Shown here piece by piece: positions 47,778 to 58,709 of a stretch of 64,000 bases of DNA. The position numbers and the translations under genes were made by a program. Within the stretch, counting starts at the first letter, position 1; each line of letters begins with the position of its first letter. Origin of the DNA: Mesotaenium endlicherianum (lineage: Eukaryota); contig WELA01001485.1 of the NCBI GenBank assembly GCA_009602735.1, forward strand, positions 1 through 64,000, in the 5' to 3' direction. The notes under the pieces are model-generated. The model worked only from the letters and a program-made list of their open reading frames with translations, was not told the origin of the DNA and ran no database searches.

Positions 47778-49832
47778 CTATGCCGTCTTTTTCATTGCCA
47801 CACGGTACAGTATAATGCCCATCAATGCGAAGAACAACGCGCCCACCAGGAAATAACCATCCTGCGATAATGCATGACTGATATTGTCTTCCATGCTCAC
47901 AGCATTCAGAAATCGTTCCCCTTTATCACTTCCGGCAATAAAAGCAATCAGCACGCCGGCAACAGCGCCACCCGCCACCAATCCTGTTGCAAACAGACTT
48001 CCTTTACTCAGCTCCTCTTCTTCCGCGCTCAACTGCTTATTCGCTTTCTTCTGTTTTGCTTCTACAATTCCCCTGATAGCACCTCCCACGAAAATGGGCA
48101 GCGTGGTAGAAAGCGGCAGGTAAACACCAATAGCAAAACTCAATGCCTTCAAACCGCATAGTTCTACAGTAACCGCCAGGAACATACCCACCATTACATA
48201 TTGCCAGTCGAGGTTCTGCGATAGTATCCCTTTGATCAACGTAGCCATTAATGTAGCTTGCGGCGCCGGGAATTTCTCTGAACCGATCGCATGTTGCACA
48301 CCTTGTTGCAACATTTCCGTTGAAGGTTTATCCAGGAACTTAACCGTTATACCAATAATAACAGAAGATACGATAGCACCAATGAACAAAGCGATCTGTT
48401 GGTTACGCGGCGTGGCACCTACCAGGTAACCGCTCTTGAGATCCTGTGAAGTACCTCCGGCATTGGCTGCAGCAATACAGATCATCCCTCCAACCACCAG
48501 CACCAACGGCTCAAACGCTTTACCTGTCCAACCTACACTGAGGAAAATCAAGCTGGTACCCATCACCGTGGCAATGGTCATACCACTGATGGGGCTGTTG
48601 GATGTACCGATCAATCCTACAATACGTGAAGCTACCGTTACAAACAAAGCGCCGAACAACAATACCAGTATACCAATGAATAATTTCTGGAGCAGGTTAT
48701 CGCCGGGCACTTGCGGTAATAAAGTAATAACAGCGATCAGGCCCAGGCTGCCCAATCCTACTACCCGCAGGCTCAAATCTCTTTCTGTACGCAACACAGC
48801 AGTTGCAGCACTTTCTTCATTACCGGCCTTCAAAGAAGACAGGCTTCCTTTCACCGATTTTACAATCGTAGGAATGGTTTTAACAAGGGTGATGATACCG
48901 CCGGCTGCTACTGCACCCGCACCTATCTGCCGTACATACGCGTAATAAATGGCCGATGCATAATCATTGAAATGATGTGTAACCGGATCCCATCCGCCTT
49001 TTCCACCGGGCTTGGCAATATCTGCCAGGTAACCCAGTTTAGCCAGTTGTAACGCAATCACATCACCTGGAACCAGGGTAGACAAGAGCGGAATAAATAC
49101 CATCCAACTTAATACACTACCCGCTACCAGTACGCCGGCAATGCGCGGGCCGATGATATAACCAATACCAATGTATTCAGGCGTGATCTCACCGCTCACT
49201 TTCGCCGAAGGAAAGAACTTATTGATCTGTTTGGTAGCATAATAAGGCGTCTCGGCAATCACGTGCAATATTTTTTGCAAGAACGCATACAGTAACGCCA
49301 CACCCAGTCCCCAGAAAGCCGTCTTGGCAAAATCGCCGCCTTTCTCCCCCGCCTTCAACACATCGCCACAAGCAGTTCCCTCTGGATAAGGGAGGGCATC
49401 ATGCTCATTAACGATCAAGGCCCTACGCAAGGGTATCATCAGCAAAGTGCCTAACAGTCCGCCTACAATAGCCAATACCAATATGGTTAAATAATTGAAG
49501 TATTCGGCGCTGGTAGGCGATGAAAGAAAAAGAAAGCCCGGCAGTGTAAAAGCCACCCCACCGGCAATACTTTCACCGGCAGAGCCGGTGGTCTGGATGA
49601 TATTGTTTTCCAGTATGGTGGTCTTGAGGAATCTCCGGCCAAGTGTAATGGCAATAACAGCAATAGGGATGGAAGCAGTTACGGTGAGGCCCGCTTTCAA
49701 AGCCAGGTACACGGTGGCGGCGCCAAAAATAACGCCGAACAAACTGCCCACGAGTATGGACTTAACGGTCAATTCTTTCATATTCGTTTCGGGAGAAACG
49801 AAGGGCTTAAAGGTCTTTTGTGATTCAGACAT
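47778..49832 (-). CDS. OPT-family oligopeptide transporter
   Basis: YLALKAGLTVTASIPIAVI, ENNIIQT.GSAGES, LPYPEGTAC, SPISGMTIAT, QDLKSGYLVGATP, PAPQATLM. Confidence 0.92.
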   Translation of the reverse strand: MSESQKTFKPFVSPETNMKELTVKSILVGSLFGVIFGAATVYLALKAGLTVTASIPIAVIAITLGRRFLKTTILENNIIQTTGSAGESIAGGVAFTLPGFLFLSSPTSAEYFNYLTILVLAIVGGLLGTLLMIPLRRALIVNEHDALPYPEGTACGDVLKAGEKGGDFAKTAFWGLGVALLYAFLQKILHVIAETPYYATKQINKFFPSAKVSGEITPEYIGIGYIIGPRIAGVLVAGSVLSWMVFIPLLSTLVPGDVIALQLAKLGYLADIAKPGGKGGWDPVTHHFNDYASAIYYAYVRQIGAGAVAAGGIITLVKTIPTIVKSVKGSLSSLKAGNEESAATAVLRTERDLSLRVVGLGSLGLIAVITLLPQVPGDNLLQKLFIGILVLLFGALFVTVASRIVGLIGTSNSPISGMTIATVMGTSLIFLSVGWTGKAFEPLVLVVGGMICIAAANAGGTSQDLKSGYLVGATPRNQQIALFIGAIVSSVIIGITVKFLDKPSTEMLQQGVQHAIGSEKFPAPQATLMATLIKGILSQNLDWQYVMVGMFLAVTVELCGLKALSFAIGVYLPLSTTLPIFVGGAIRGIVEAKQKKANKQLSAEEEELSKGSLFATGLVAGGAVAGVLIAFIAGSDKGERFLNAVSMEDNISHALSQDGYFLVGALFFALMGIILYRVAMKKTA

Positions 49833-49837
49833 AGTTA

Positions 49838-49921
49838 TAGTTGTTAGTTGATAGTTGTTAGTTGATAGCGTTATGTGTTAGCATCTGTTTCTAACAACTG
49901 ACAACTATCAACTAACAACTC
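49838..49921. repeat. Heptamer tandem repeats in inverted orientation (TAGTTGW)n ... (CTAWCAA)n
   Basis: TAGTTGT TAGTTGA TAGTTGT TAGTTGA TAG, a 22-nt spacer, then CTAACAA CTGACAA CTATCAA CTAACAA CTC. Confidence 0.85.
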
Positions 49922-49968
49922 ATAAAATCCTTACTTTCGACACGATTTAAAATTTCAAAATACGATTT

Positions 49969-51390
49969 ATGCCCGAGATACCAAACGAGCAAAAAAAAGC
50001 TAAAATGCCCAAGTCGGTGCCATTTATTATCGGAAATGAAGCCGCCGAACGTTTCAGCTTTTATGCCATACGAGCCATCATGCCTACTTTTCTGGTAGCG
50101 CAATTCTTCAATCCGGCACATAACCCGGCCCTGCAGAGCATAGCCGAAGCCCGCTCCAATGAACTATCTCACCTCTTTGTGTTCTTTGCTTATTTCATGC
50201 CGCTGGTGGGTGGTATTGTGGCCGACTGGTTCTTTGGCAAATACAAAGTCATTCTGTATGTCTCTATATTATATGCCATCGGTAACCTGGTATTGTCGTT
50301 GTCTACACACGATCTCAGCCTGTTCAGCACCGGCCTCATTGTCATAGCCATTGCGGCGGGAGGCATCAAGTCCTGCGTGTCGGCCAATGTGGGCGACCAG
50401 TTCGACAAATCAAACCAGGAACTGATGTCGAAAGTTTATGGCTGGTTTTATTTCAGCATCAATTCGGGCTCAGTGCTGTCGACCTTGCTGATACCTATCA
50501 TCTATAAAAAATACGGACCGGAACTCGCTTTCGGCATACCCGGTATACTTATGTGTCTAGCCACGCTGATCTTCTGGCTGGGCAGGCATAAATATGTAAA
50601 AGTGCCACCAACCGGTGTAAAAAAAGAAAATTTCATGGGGATATCCCTGTATGCACTGAGAAAATTCTTTTCCAACCGCCAGGGCAAAACTGTTTGGGAA
50701 ATGGTAGCCGAAAAATATTCTCCCGGGGCCATCGATGGCGTACAGGCTGTGTACCGCATCCTGGCCGTATTTGCATTTACGCCCATTTTCTGGGCTTTAT
50801 GGGATCAAAACCTTTCCGAATGGGTATTACAGGCTACCAAACTGGATCTGCATATTTTCGGTTATGAGTTCCTGCCGGAGCAGATACAAACATTCAACCC
50901 ACTGTTCCTGATCAGCCTGATACCGGTGTTCACGTATGGATTGTTCCCACTCATTGAAAAAACGGGCATCAAGGTTACGCCGTTGCGCAAGATCGGTGCA
51001 GGGTTGTTCCTCACCATATTGTCTTTTATCATCATTGCTTTTTTACAGGAAAAGATCGACCAGGGTGGCAGGCCCACCGTGTGGTGGCAGATACTGGCTT
51101 ATTTCATCCTGGCCGGCGCCGAAGTATTGGTATCCATCACCTGCCTGGAATATGCCTATACCCAATCGCCCAAATCCATGAAGAGTACCATGACGGCCTT
51201 GTACCTGCTGGGCATTTCATTGGGTAATATCTTCACCAGTCTCGTCAACAACAGCATTGCCAACAATGGGTTCTTTGCACGCTATACAGGTGCCAGTTAT
51301 TTTTGGTTGTTCATCAGCATATTGTCGGGCTTTTTCCTGCTTTACCTGCTGGTGGCCAAACGCCTGCCGGAAAAAAGTTACGTGGAATGA
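49969..51390 (+). CDS. POT/PTR proton-dependent oligopeptide transporter
   Basis: NEAAERFSFY (ExxERFxxY), GGIKSCVSANVGDQF, FYFSINSGS, LEYAYTQSPKSMKS. Confidence 0.92.
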   Translation: MPEIPNEQKKAKMPKSVPFIIGNEAAERFSFYAIRAIMPTFLVAQFFNPAHNPALQSIAEARSNELSHLFVFFAYFMPLVGGIVADWFFGKYKVILYVSILYAIGNLVLSLSTHDLSLFSTGLIVIAIAAGGIKSCVSANVGDQFDKSNQELMSKVYGWFYFSINSGSVLSTLLIPIIYKKYGPELAFGIPGILMCLATLIFWLGRHKYVKVPPTGVKKENFMGISLYALRKFFSNRQGKTVWEMVAEKYSPGAIDGVQAVYRILAVFAFTPIFWALWDQNLSEWVLQATKLDLHIFGYEFLPEQIQTFNPLFLISLIPVFTYGLFPLIEKTGIKVTPLRKIGAGLFLTILSFIIIAFLQEKIDQGGRPTVWWQILAYFILAGAEVLVSITCLEYAYTQSPKSMKSTMTALYLLGISLGNIFTSLVNNSIANNGFFARYTGASYFWLFISILSGFFLLYLLVAKRLPEKSYVE

Positions 51391-51428
51391 ATTAAGTTCT
51401 ACTTTCGCCCCACAATCAGCATTTTATC

Positions 51429-52712
51429 ATGAATATACTCTTACTTGGTTCGGGCGGAAGAGAACATGCGCTGGCCTGGAAAATGAGCCAGAGCCATCAT
51501 TGCGACCAATTATTCATTGCTCCCGGCAACGCCGGAACAACTCAATACGGCACCAATTTACCCATTGGTGTAACAGACTTTGCAGCTATTAAAGAAGCCT
51601 GTATTACACATCACATCAATATGTTGGTAGTAGGACCTGAAGAGCCGCTGGTAAAAGGTATTTACGATTTTTTTCAGGCCGATGAGCAGTTGCAGAAGAT
51701 CACCGTAGTAGCCCCTTCGGCGGCGGCGGCCCAATTGGAAGGGAGCAAGGCTTTCAGTAAAAAATTCATGCAGCGTCACCGGATTCCCACTGCAGCTTAT
51801 GCCGAGTTCACAGCCGATAATTTTGAAGAAGGAAAAAAATACATCGCCGCGCATAGTCTGCCCGTGGTATTGAAAGCAGACGGACTCGCCGCAGGCAAAG
51901 GAGTAGTTATTGCCGAAACCCACGAACAGGCACAGGAAGTATTTGCTTCCATGATCCTGGACAAACAATTTGGCGAGGCCAGCAGCAAAGTGGTGATCGA
52001 ATCATTTCTGCGGGGCATTGAAGTGAGTGTATTTGTGCTCACAGATGGCATCGACTATCAACTCATCGGCCACGCTAAAGATTACAAACGCATCGGTGAA
52101 GGCGATACCGGGCTCAACACCGGTGGTATGGGCTGTGTAAGCCCCGTGCCTTTTATGGATGAAGTCTTCATGCAAAAAGTAGAGTCACGTATCATACGTC
52201 CAACAGTAGATGGATTGAAAAAAGAAGGACTGATTTATCATGGTTTCATTTTCTTCGGACTGATGAACTGCGATGGCGAGCCCTATGTGATCGAATACAA
52301 TTGCCGCATGGGCGACCCCGAAACAGAAGTGGTGATGCCGAGGTTACAGACAGACCTGGTGGCACTTTTTGCAGCGATGGATAATGGCACGTTAATTGAT
52401 ACTAATATCGCTTTCGACGAGAGGAGCTGCTGCACCGTAATGGCAGTTAGTGGAGGGTACCCCGGTGATTATCAAAAGAATATCAGGATCGAGGGACTGG
52501 CCCATGCCGGCGATAACAAAAATACCTTCGTATTCCATGCAGGAACCCGACAGTTGGACACCACTGTGGTGACAAATGGCGGGCGGGTATTGGCGGTATC
52601 ATCATTTGGCAACAACATTACCGAGGCAGTGAACCTGTCGAAAAAAACACTGGCTGGAATCAGTTTTGACGGCATGTACTACCGGAAGGATATCGGATAC
52701 GAATTTGCCTGA
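51429..52712 (+). CDS. purD: Phosphoribosylamine--glycine ligase
   Basis: LGSGGREHAL, APGNAG, VGPE.PL, KADGLAAGKGV, DYKRIGEGDTGLNTGGMG, EYNCRMGDPE. Confidence 0.96.
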   Translation: MNILLLGSGGREHALAWKMSQSHHCDQLFIAPGNAGTTQYGTNLPIGVTDFAAIKEACITHHINMLVVGPEEPLVKGIYDFFQADEQLQKITVVAPSAAAAQLEGSKAFSKKFMQRHRIPTAAYAEFTADNFEEGKKYIAAHSLPVVLKADGLAAGKGVVIAETHEQAQEVFASMILDKQFGEASSKVVIESFLRGIEVSVFVLTDGIDYQLIGHAKDYKRIGEGDTGLNTGGMGCVSPVPFMDEVFMQKVESRIIRPTVDGLKKEGLIYHGFIFFGLMNCDGEPYVIEYNCRMGDPETEVVMPRLQTDLVALFAAMDNGTLIDTNIAFDERSCCTVMAVSGGYPGDYQKNIRIEGLAHAGDNKNTFVFHAGTRQLDTTVVTNGGRVLAVSSFGNNITEAVNLSKKTLAGISFDGMYYRKDIGYEFA

Positions 52713-52799
52713 AAAATCGGTATTTTAGACTTTGTTAATTCAACCAATTTCATCCACCTTTGCAAGCATTAGCTGACTAATTAGAATTTTAGATTTACA

Positions 52800-53825
52800 A
52801 TGGGATTGTTCAACTTTTTCACACAGGAAATTGCGATGGACCTGGGTACTGCGAATACCCTCATCATACATAACGACGAAGTAGTAGTCAATGAGCCTTC
52901 GATAGTGGCGCTGAACCGTAACAACATGAAAGAAGTGTTGGCGGTAGGAAAGAAAGCGCTCATGATGCACGAAAAAACACACGAAAGCATTCGCACGGTC
53001 CGTCCGTTGAAAGACGGTGTGATCGCCGACTTCAACGCCGCCGAGTTGATGATCAGGGAACTGATCAAAATGATCTACCCCAAGAAACCTTTGTTTCCGC
53101 CCAGCTGGCGCATGGTCATCTGTATTCCTTCTTCCATTACCGAAGTAGAAAAACGCGCGGTGCGCGACAGTGCCGAGCAGGCAGGCGCTAAAGAAGTGTA
53201 TATGATCCACGAGCCCATGGCCGCCGCACTGGGTATCGGCATAGATGTAGAAGAACCGGTTGGTAATATGATCATTGACATTGGAGGTGGTACTACAGGT
53301 ATTACCGTGATCGCTCTCGCCGGCATTGTATGCGACCAGAGTATCCGTATTGCGGGTGATGAATTCACCGCCGATATCATGGAAGCCCTGCGTCGTTACC
53401 ACAGCTTACTGATTGGTGAGCGTACCGCAGAACAGATCAAGATACAGGTGGGCGCTGCGATGAAAGACCTCGACAATCCGCCGGATGATCTTCCCGTAAA
53501 CGGCCGCGACCTGGTAACAGGTATCCCCAAGCAGATCATGGTAAGCTACCAGGAAATTGCAGAAGCACTGGATAAAAGTATTTTCAAAATAGAAGAAGCC
53601 ATCCTGAAAGCGCTGGAGACGACGCCGCCCGAGCTGGCCGCCGATATCTATCGCAGGGGATTATACCTGACGGGTGGCGGCGCGCTGTTGCGTGGTCTGG
53701 ACAAACGCCTCAGTGCCAAAATCAAATTGCCTGTACACGTAGCCGATGATCCGCTCAAGAGCGTGGTACGCGGTACAGGGCTGGCTTTGAAAAACTATCA
53801 GCGGTTCCCTTTTATTATGAGATAG
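52800..53825 (+). CDS. mreB: Rod shape-determining protein MreB
   Basis: DLGTANTLI, RPLKDGVIADF, EPMAAALG, DIGGGTT, LTGGGALL. Confidence 0.96.
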   Translation: MGLFNFFTQEIAMDLGTANTLIIHNDEVVVNEPSIVALNRNNMKEVLAVGKKALMMHEKTHESIRTVRPLKDGVIADFNAAELMIRELIKMIYPKKPLFPPSWRMVICIPSSITEVEKRAVRDSAEQAGAKEVYMIHEPMAAALGIGIDVEEPVGNMIIDIGGGTTGITVIALAGIVCDQSIRIAGDEFTADIMEALRRYHSLLIGERTAEQIKIQVGAAMKDLDNPPDDLPVNGRDLVTGIPKQIMVSYQEIAEALDKSIFKIEEAILKALETTPPELAADIYRRGLYLTGGGALLRGLDKRLSAKIKLPVHVADDPLKSVVRGTGLALKNYQRFPFIMR

Positions 53826-53829
53826 CCCC

Positions 53830-54681
53830 TTGAAAAACATATTTTTTTTTATACGGCGGTACTTTGGTTTTCTCAGCTTCCTGCTGTTACAGATTGCTGC
53901 CATTATCTTATTAAGCAACGCAAGCAAAACCCACGAGGCTTTTTTCTCTGCTGCGCTCAATGAAGCAACCGGCGACCTCAACCATCGTTACAGCAACCTG
54001 CACAGTTATTTCAGCCTGAAAGAGACCAACCGGCAGCTGGCCGAAGAAAATGCGCGCCTGCGCAATATGCTGGCAGCCAATTTCCAGGCACCCGACAGTA
54101 GCCGCAAAGCCGTTACCGATACCACTTTGCGTGATACACTGGGGCATTACCGTAAATACACTTATCTGCCGGCGAGGGTCATTGGTAATACCGTAACCCT
54201 GCAAACCAATTTCATCACGTTGGAAAGAGGTACCCTACAAGGCGTAAAAAAAGGAATGGCCGTGATCGGTCCGGAAGGCATTGTAGGTGTTGTGGTGGAA
54301 GCCAGTAACAACATCAGTCGCGTGATGAGCCTGTTGCACCGCAACAGCAAAGTGAGCGCCATGCTCAAGAAAGATAATTATGCAGGAAGCATCGAATGGG
54401 ATGGCGTCAATCCTTACTATCTGCAACTGAAGAATGTGAGCAAAAGTGCGAAAGTGAACAAGGGCGATACCGTACTCACCAGTAATTATTCTGCCAATTT
54501 CCCTTCACACCTGATGATTGGCACTGTTGCCGCTATTAGCGCCGATCCATCAAGTAATTTTTATCTCATCAAAGTAAAAACAGCCACTAATTTTTTCAAC
54601 CTGCAATATGTTAACGTGATAGCGAATGCACGCTATGCCGAGCAGACGGCTTTGGAAAACACCCCATCAAAAAATCCATGA
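53830..54681 (+). CDS. mreC: Rod shape-determining protein MreC
   Basis: TM, coiled coil (ENARLR), GVKKGMAVI..GIVG, GDTVLTS; operon position. Confidence 0.92.
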   Translation: MKNIFFFIRRYFGFLSFLLLQIAAIILLSNASKTHEAFFSAALNEATGDLNHRYSNLHSYFSLKETNRQLAEENARLRNMLAANFQAPDSSRKAVTDTTLRDTLGHYRKYTYLPARVIGNTVTLQTNFITLERGTLQGVKKGMAVIGPEGIVGVVVEASNNISRVMSLLHRNSKVSAMLKKDNYAGSIEWDGVNPYYLQLKNVSKSAKVNKGDTVLTSNYSANFPSHLMIGTVAAISADPSSNFYLIKVKTATNFFNLQYVNVIANARYAEQTALENTPSKNP

Positions 54682-55211
54682 GCAGCCTTGTAAGAAATAT
54701 CATCCGTTATGTACTGTTCATCCTGCTGCAGGTGTTTATTCTGAATGAAGTGCCCCCGCTGCATCAGTTCATCGTGCCCTATATTTATTTCTTATTCATC
54801 ATCTGGCTGCCCTTCAATATCAATCGCCTGTTCCTGATGGTGTTGGCATTTGTATTCGGACTCACACTGGACGCTTTCACCGGAACGCCCGGTTTGCATG
54901 CAGCTCCCTGTGTGCTTATCGCTTTCATACGCCCCGTTCTCCTTGGCCTCCTCATTCCACAGGAAACCACCGAACAGAGCTATGCCGAGCCGAGTGTGAA
55001 AAGTATGGGATTGGCGCCATACAGCCTCTACGTGGTTATACTGACTTTCGTGCACCATTTTTACCTTGTATTGATCGAATGGCTGCAATTTGGTAACTTC
55101 ATATACTTCCTGGGGAAAGTAGCGGGTACCACTGCGGTGAGCCTGTTGCTGATAGCCCTTGCCGAAATGTTGTTCCCTCGCAAGAGAAGGTATAAAACCA
55201 ATGCAGCGTAG
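54678..55211 (+). CDS. mreD: Rod shape-determining protein MreD
   Basis: Hydrophobic, FGLTLDAF..TPGLHA; lies between mreC and mrdA. Confidence 0.88.
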   Translation: MSSLVRNIIRYVLFILLQVFILNEVPPLHQFIVPYIYFLFIIWLPFNINRLFLMVLAFVFGLTLDAFTGTPGLHAAPCVLIAFIRPVLLGLLIPQETTEQSYAEPSVKSMGLAPYSLYVVILTFVHHFYLVLIEWLQFGNFIYFLGKVAGTTAVSLLLIALAEMLFPRKRRYKTNAA

Positions 55212-55245
55212 ATTTGCAATATTCTTTACAATAGTTTCTTGAGTT

Positions 55246-57360
55246 ATGCCGGTATTTAATCAGAACAGGAGCCGCGTAGTGCAGATCGTTTTTGCCTGCG
55301 TTGTCCTGGTCATCGTTGGCCAGCTGGTCAACCTACAACTGTTCTCTGCCAAATACAAACTGGCGGCCGATAATAATGCTTTCTTCCGGAAAGTGGTGTA
55401 TCCCGACCGCGGCATCATCTTCGATCGTAAAAAAAAGGCCATCCTTGAAAATGCGGTCAGCTATGACCTGATAGTCATCCCCGCCGACGCGAGGGGAACC
55501 GATACACTGGCGCTTTGCAACCTGCTGAACATCGATACCGTTACTTACCGTAAAAGAATGCGGGAGATTATTTTTAAGAACACCAGTGTAAAACCCAGCG
55601 TTTTCGAAGCATTGCTTACGCCTGAAATGTATGCAAAGCTGAATGAGAACATGTATAAGTTTCCTGGCTTTGCGCTGAACGAACGGTCAGTGAGGAGCTA
55701 TCCTTATGATGCTGGCGCCGCTGTTCTCGGATACATTGCAGAAGTAGATACCGGTTTCCTCAGGAGACATAAAGAGGAAGGTTATGAGATGGGCGATTAT
55801 GTGGGAAGAACAGGCCTGGAAAATACATACGAGAAAGTGCTGATGGGACAAAGGGGTATCAAACGCTACATCAGGGATAACAGGGGCCGTATACAGGGGC
55901 CATGGGAAAATGGCGCTTATGATACAACCGCTATTGCCGGAAAAAACCTTTATTCCAGCATTGACGTTGAATTACAAAAACTCGGTGAAACATTAATGAC
56001 CAATAAGGTAGGAAGTATCGTGGCCATTGATCCCAAAACAGGTGGTATCCTTTGCATGGTAAGTGCCCCGACTTACAACCCGAACTACCTTACGGGAAAC
56101 CAGCGCAGGAAACATTTCTCTGACCTCTTTCTCGACCCCAGGCTGCCCTTGCTCAACAGGACCATTGCTACTACTTACTCGCCGGGCTCTACCTTTAAAA
56201 CGGTAGTAGGTATTGCCGGTTTAACCGAAGGCGTAATCAACGAAAGAGAAATGATCAGCTGCCCAGGTTATTTTACCGGTTGCGGTACAGGCAAGCCTAA
56301 ATGTCTCGATAAAGGTGTATTCAATTTTAAAGAAGCAGTTGCGCATAGTGACAACACCTACTTCTCCACAGTATACAAGCGAATACTGGATCAACGAAGA
56401 TATGGCAGCATAGACAGCTCCTTAGCTGTATTCAACAAGTATGCCTATTCGTTTGGCCTGGGTCGTAGATTGGGTATAGACCTACCCTCAGAGAAAAAAG
56501 GAAACATCCCTACACCTCAATTCTACCGTAATCCCAAAGTGCATGGCGCTTATTTTCATTCCTGCAATATTATTTCCAACGCTATCGGACAAGGTGAGGT
56601 AAGCACTACATTAGCACAGTTGGCCAATGTAATGGCCATCATTGCCAACAGGGGCTGGTATTATGCACCCCATCTTATCGATTCAATTGAAGGAGGAGAT
56701 GAGTTCAACATGCTTGAAGCTTACAAGACAAAACACCACACAGCCAATCATATCTCCGACTCTGTTTTTGAGGCTGTGCAGGATGGCATGCAGGCTGTGG
56801 TAGAATATGGAACAGCTGTGAGGTCGAGAATACCGGGTATTAACATGTGTGGCAAAACCGGTACAGTAGAGAACTATGCCAAAGTCAATGGCAAAGTAGA
56901 AAAACAGATCGATCACTCTTTCTTTGGCGCTTTTGCTCCAAGAGAAAATCCTAAAATAGCTATTGCAGTCATTTGCGAAAATGCAGGTCAGGGTGCCTGG
57001 GCCGCCGCTCCTATTGCCAGCCTGCTCGTAGAAAAATATTTAAGAGATTCTATCTCGGGAACAGAGCGGAAAGCAATGCTGGAAGAGTTCACTAAAAAGA
57101 ACCTGATTCCCGCATTGATGCGAAAAGCTATAGCTGCAAGGGATTCCAGCAGGCAGGCAAAAGAGTCGGAAGCTGCAAAGAAAGCCATGCGTGACACTTC
57201 AAACATTGAAGAGGAGCCAGATATAGACATTCCTCCTGCCGCGCCTGTAAACAATCCACCCAAACCTAACAAAAACAAACAGCAGCGTACAATAACAACA
57301 CAGGCGATTCTGCCCGACGACCCGCGTAAATTTTTACCAAAGAGAACAGCAAGCGCTTAA
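55246..57360 (+). CDS. mrdA: Penicillin-binding protein 2
   Basis: RGIIFDR, YSPGSTFK (SxxK), SDN (SxN), GKTGT (KTG). Confidence 0.93.
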   Translation: MPVFNQNRSRVVQIVFACVVLVIVGQLVNLQLFSAKYKLAADNNAFFRKVVYPDRGIIFDRKKKAILENAVSYDLIVIPADARGTDTLALCNLLNIDTVTYRKRMREIIFKNTSVKPSVFEALLTPEMYAKLNENMYKFPGFALNERSVRSYPYDAGAAVLGYIAEVDTGFLRRHKEEGYEMGDYVGRTGLENTYEKVLMGQRGIKRYIRDNRGRIQGPWENGAYDTTAIAGKNLYSSIDVELQKLGETLMTNKVGSIVAIDPKTGGILCMVSAPTYNPNYLTGNQRRKHFSDLFLDPRLPLLNRTIATTYSPGSTFKTVVGIAGLTEGVINEREMISCPGYFTGCGTGKPKCLDKGVFNFKEAVAHSDNTYFSTVYKRILDQRRYGSIDSSLAVFNKYAYSFGLGRRLGIDLPSEKKGNIPTPQFYRNPKVHGAYFHSCNIISNAIGQGEVSTTLAQLANVMAIIANRGWYYAPHLIDSIEGGDEFNMLEAYKTKHHTANHISDSVFEAVQDGMQAVVEYGTAVRSRIPGINMCGKTGTVENYAKVNGKVEKQIDHSFFGAFAPRENPKIAIAVICENAGQGAWAAAPIASLLVEKYLRDSISGTERKAMLEEFTKKNLIPALMRKAIAARDSSRQAKESEAAKKAMRDTSNIEEEPDIDIPPAAPVNNPPKPNKNKQQRTITTQAILPDDPRKFLPKRTASA

Positions 57361-57365
57361 ACCTT

Positions 57366-58709
57366 ATGAATAACAAGAGTAACAAAGTGGCACAAGGTGT
57401 TGATTTTACTATGATTTGGCTCTACGCTATCATGGTAAGCATAGGCATTCTTTGCATATTCATGGTAGAGTACCGCACCGGCACCAACTGGGTGCAGTCT
57501 TTCCTCAGCGGTAAAACCAATTACAGCAAACAGCTCATCTTCAGTGGCATCTGTGCCATCGTTGCTATTTTCATACTGCTAACAGACAGTAAATTGTTTA
57601 CCGCTTTTGCCAACCTGCTCTATGCTTTCGGGATTGTGCTAATGCTGGCCACTTTTGTATTGGGCAAAAATATCAACGGCTCTAAAAGCTGGATACCATT
57701 GGGCGGAGGCTTCAACCTGCAGCCGGCAGAAGTTTGCAAGATATTTACCGCGCTGGCGCTGGCCAAATTCATATCGCGGCAGGAAGTGGATTTCAGCAAG
57801 CTGCGCTCCCAGATCATTGCAAGCATTATTGCTGCTGCTCCGGCTATGTTGTCGATCTTACAACATGAGATGGGATTGGCCCTCGTATATTCTTCTTTCC
57901 TGGTTGCCATGTACCGCGAGGGTCTGCCCGGCCAGATACTGGTGATAGGCTCCTCTTTTGCCGTGCTGGTGATTGCCACACTGGTGGTTGAACCTAATCT
58001 ATTGGCCATCATTCTTACCGTTATCGCCGCTGTGCTGATCTTTTTGTTGCGCAAACAATTCCGGAGGAACAAGGGATTGCTTACCATTATTATAGGGACC
58101 TGGTTACTCTGTGTAGGCATACAGCGTTTTGTAGTGCCATATATATTCAACAACGTATTTGAATGCTATCAAAGTACCCGCATTTACAGCATGGTTGGTA
58201 AAGAATACGATTGCAGTCTGAATAAAAAATCGGCACGGAAAAACCCCAATGAAAAAGCGGCGCATAAACCAGACGACTATAATGTAAGACAAAGTAAGAT
58301 CGCCATCGGCTCGGGAGGATTATTGGGCCGGGGCTTCCTCAAAGGAACCCAAACAAGAGGCAAATACGTGCCTGAACAACATACCGATTTCATTTTCACC
58401 TCACTGGGTGAAGCTTTTGGTTTTACAGGTTGCCTGGTATTCCTGTTGCTTTACCTTTTCATGCTCTTCCGCATCATAAAAATCGCCGAAAGACAGCGAA
58501 GCACTTTCAGCCGGGTATACGCTTACAGTGTGGCCAGTATCATCTTCTTCCATATTGCCGTGAACGTAAGTATGACCATTGGGTTGTTTCCCATTGTGGG
58601 CATACCTTTGCCGCTGATCAGTTACGGAGGATCTTCATTACTGACGTTTACCGTACTGATCTTCATCCTGCTGAGGCTGGATGCAGACAGACAAATGGTT
58701 TTACGATGA
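57366..58709 (+). CDS. rodA: Peptidoglycan glycosyltransferase RodA
   Basis: NGSKSWI, LQPAE.CK, QSKIAIGSGG, PEQHTDFIF, GIPLPLISYGGSS. Confidence 0.94.
   Translation: MNNKSNKVAQGVDFTMIWLYAIMVSIGILCIFMVEYRTGTNWVQSFLSGKTNYSKQLIFSGICAIVAIFILLTDSKLFTAFANLLYAFGIVLMLATFVLGKNINGSKSWIPLGGGFNLQPAEVCKIFTALALAKFISRQEVDFSKLRSQIIASIIAAAPAMLSILQHEMGLALVYSSFLVAMYREGLPGQILVIGSSFAVLVIATLVVEPNLLAIILTVIAAVLIFLLRKQFRRNKGLLTIIIGTWLLCVGIQRFVVPYIFNNVFECYQSTRIYSMVGKEYDCSLNKKSARKNPNEKAAHKPDDYNVRQSKIAIGSGGLLGRGFLKGTQTRGKYVPEQHTDFIFTSLGEAFGFTGCLVFLLLYLFMLFRIIKIAERQRSTFSRVYAYSVASIIFFHIAVNVSMTIGLFPIVGIPLPLISYGGSSLLTFTVLIFILLRLDADRQMVLR

Noticed and set aside
58430..58705. Long N-terminal extension of the MBL hydrolase
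   Set aside because: It overlaps rodA; ATG 58706, coupled to the rodA stop, is the plausible start.
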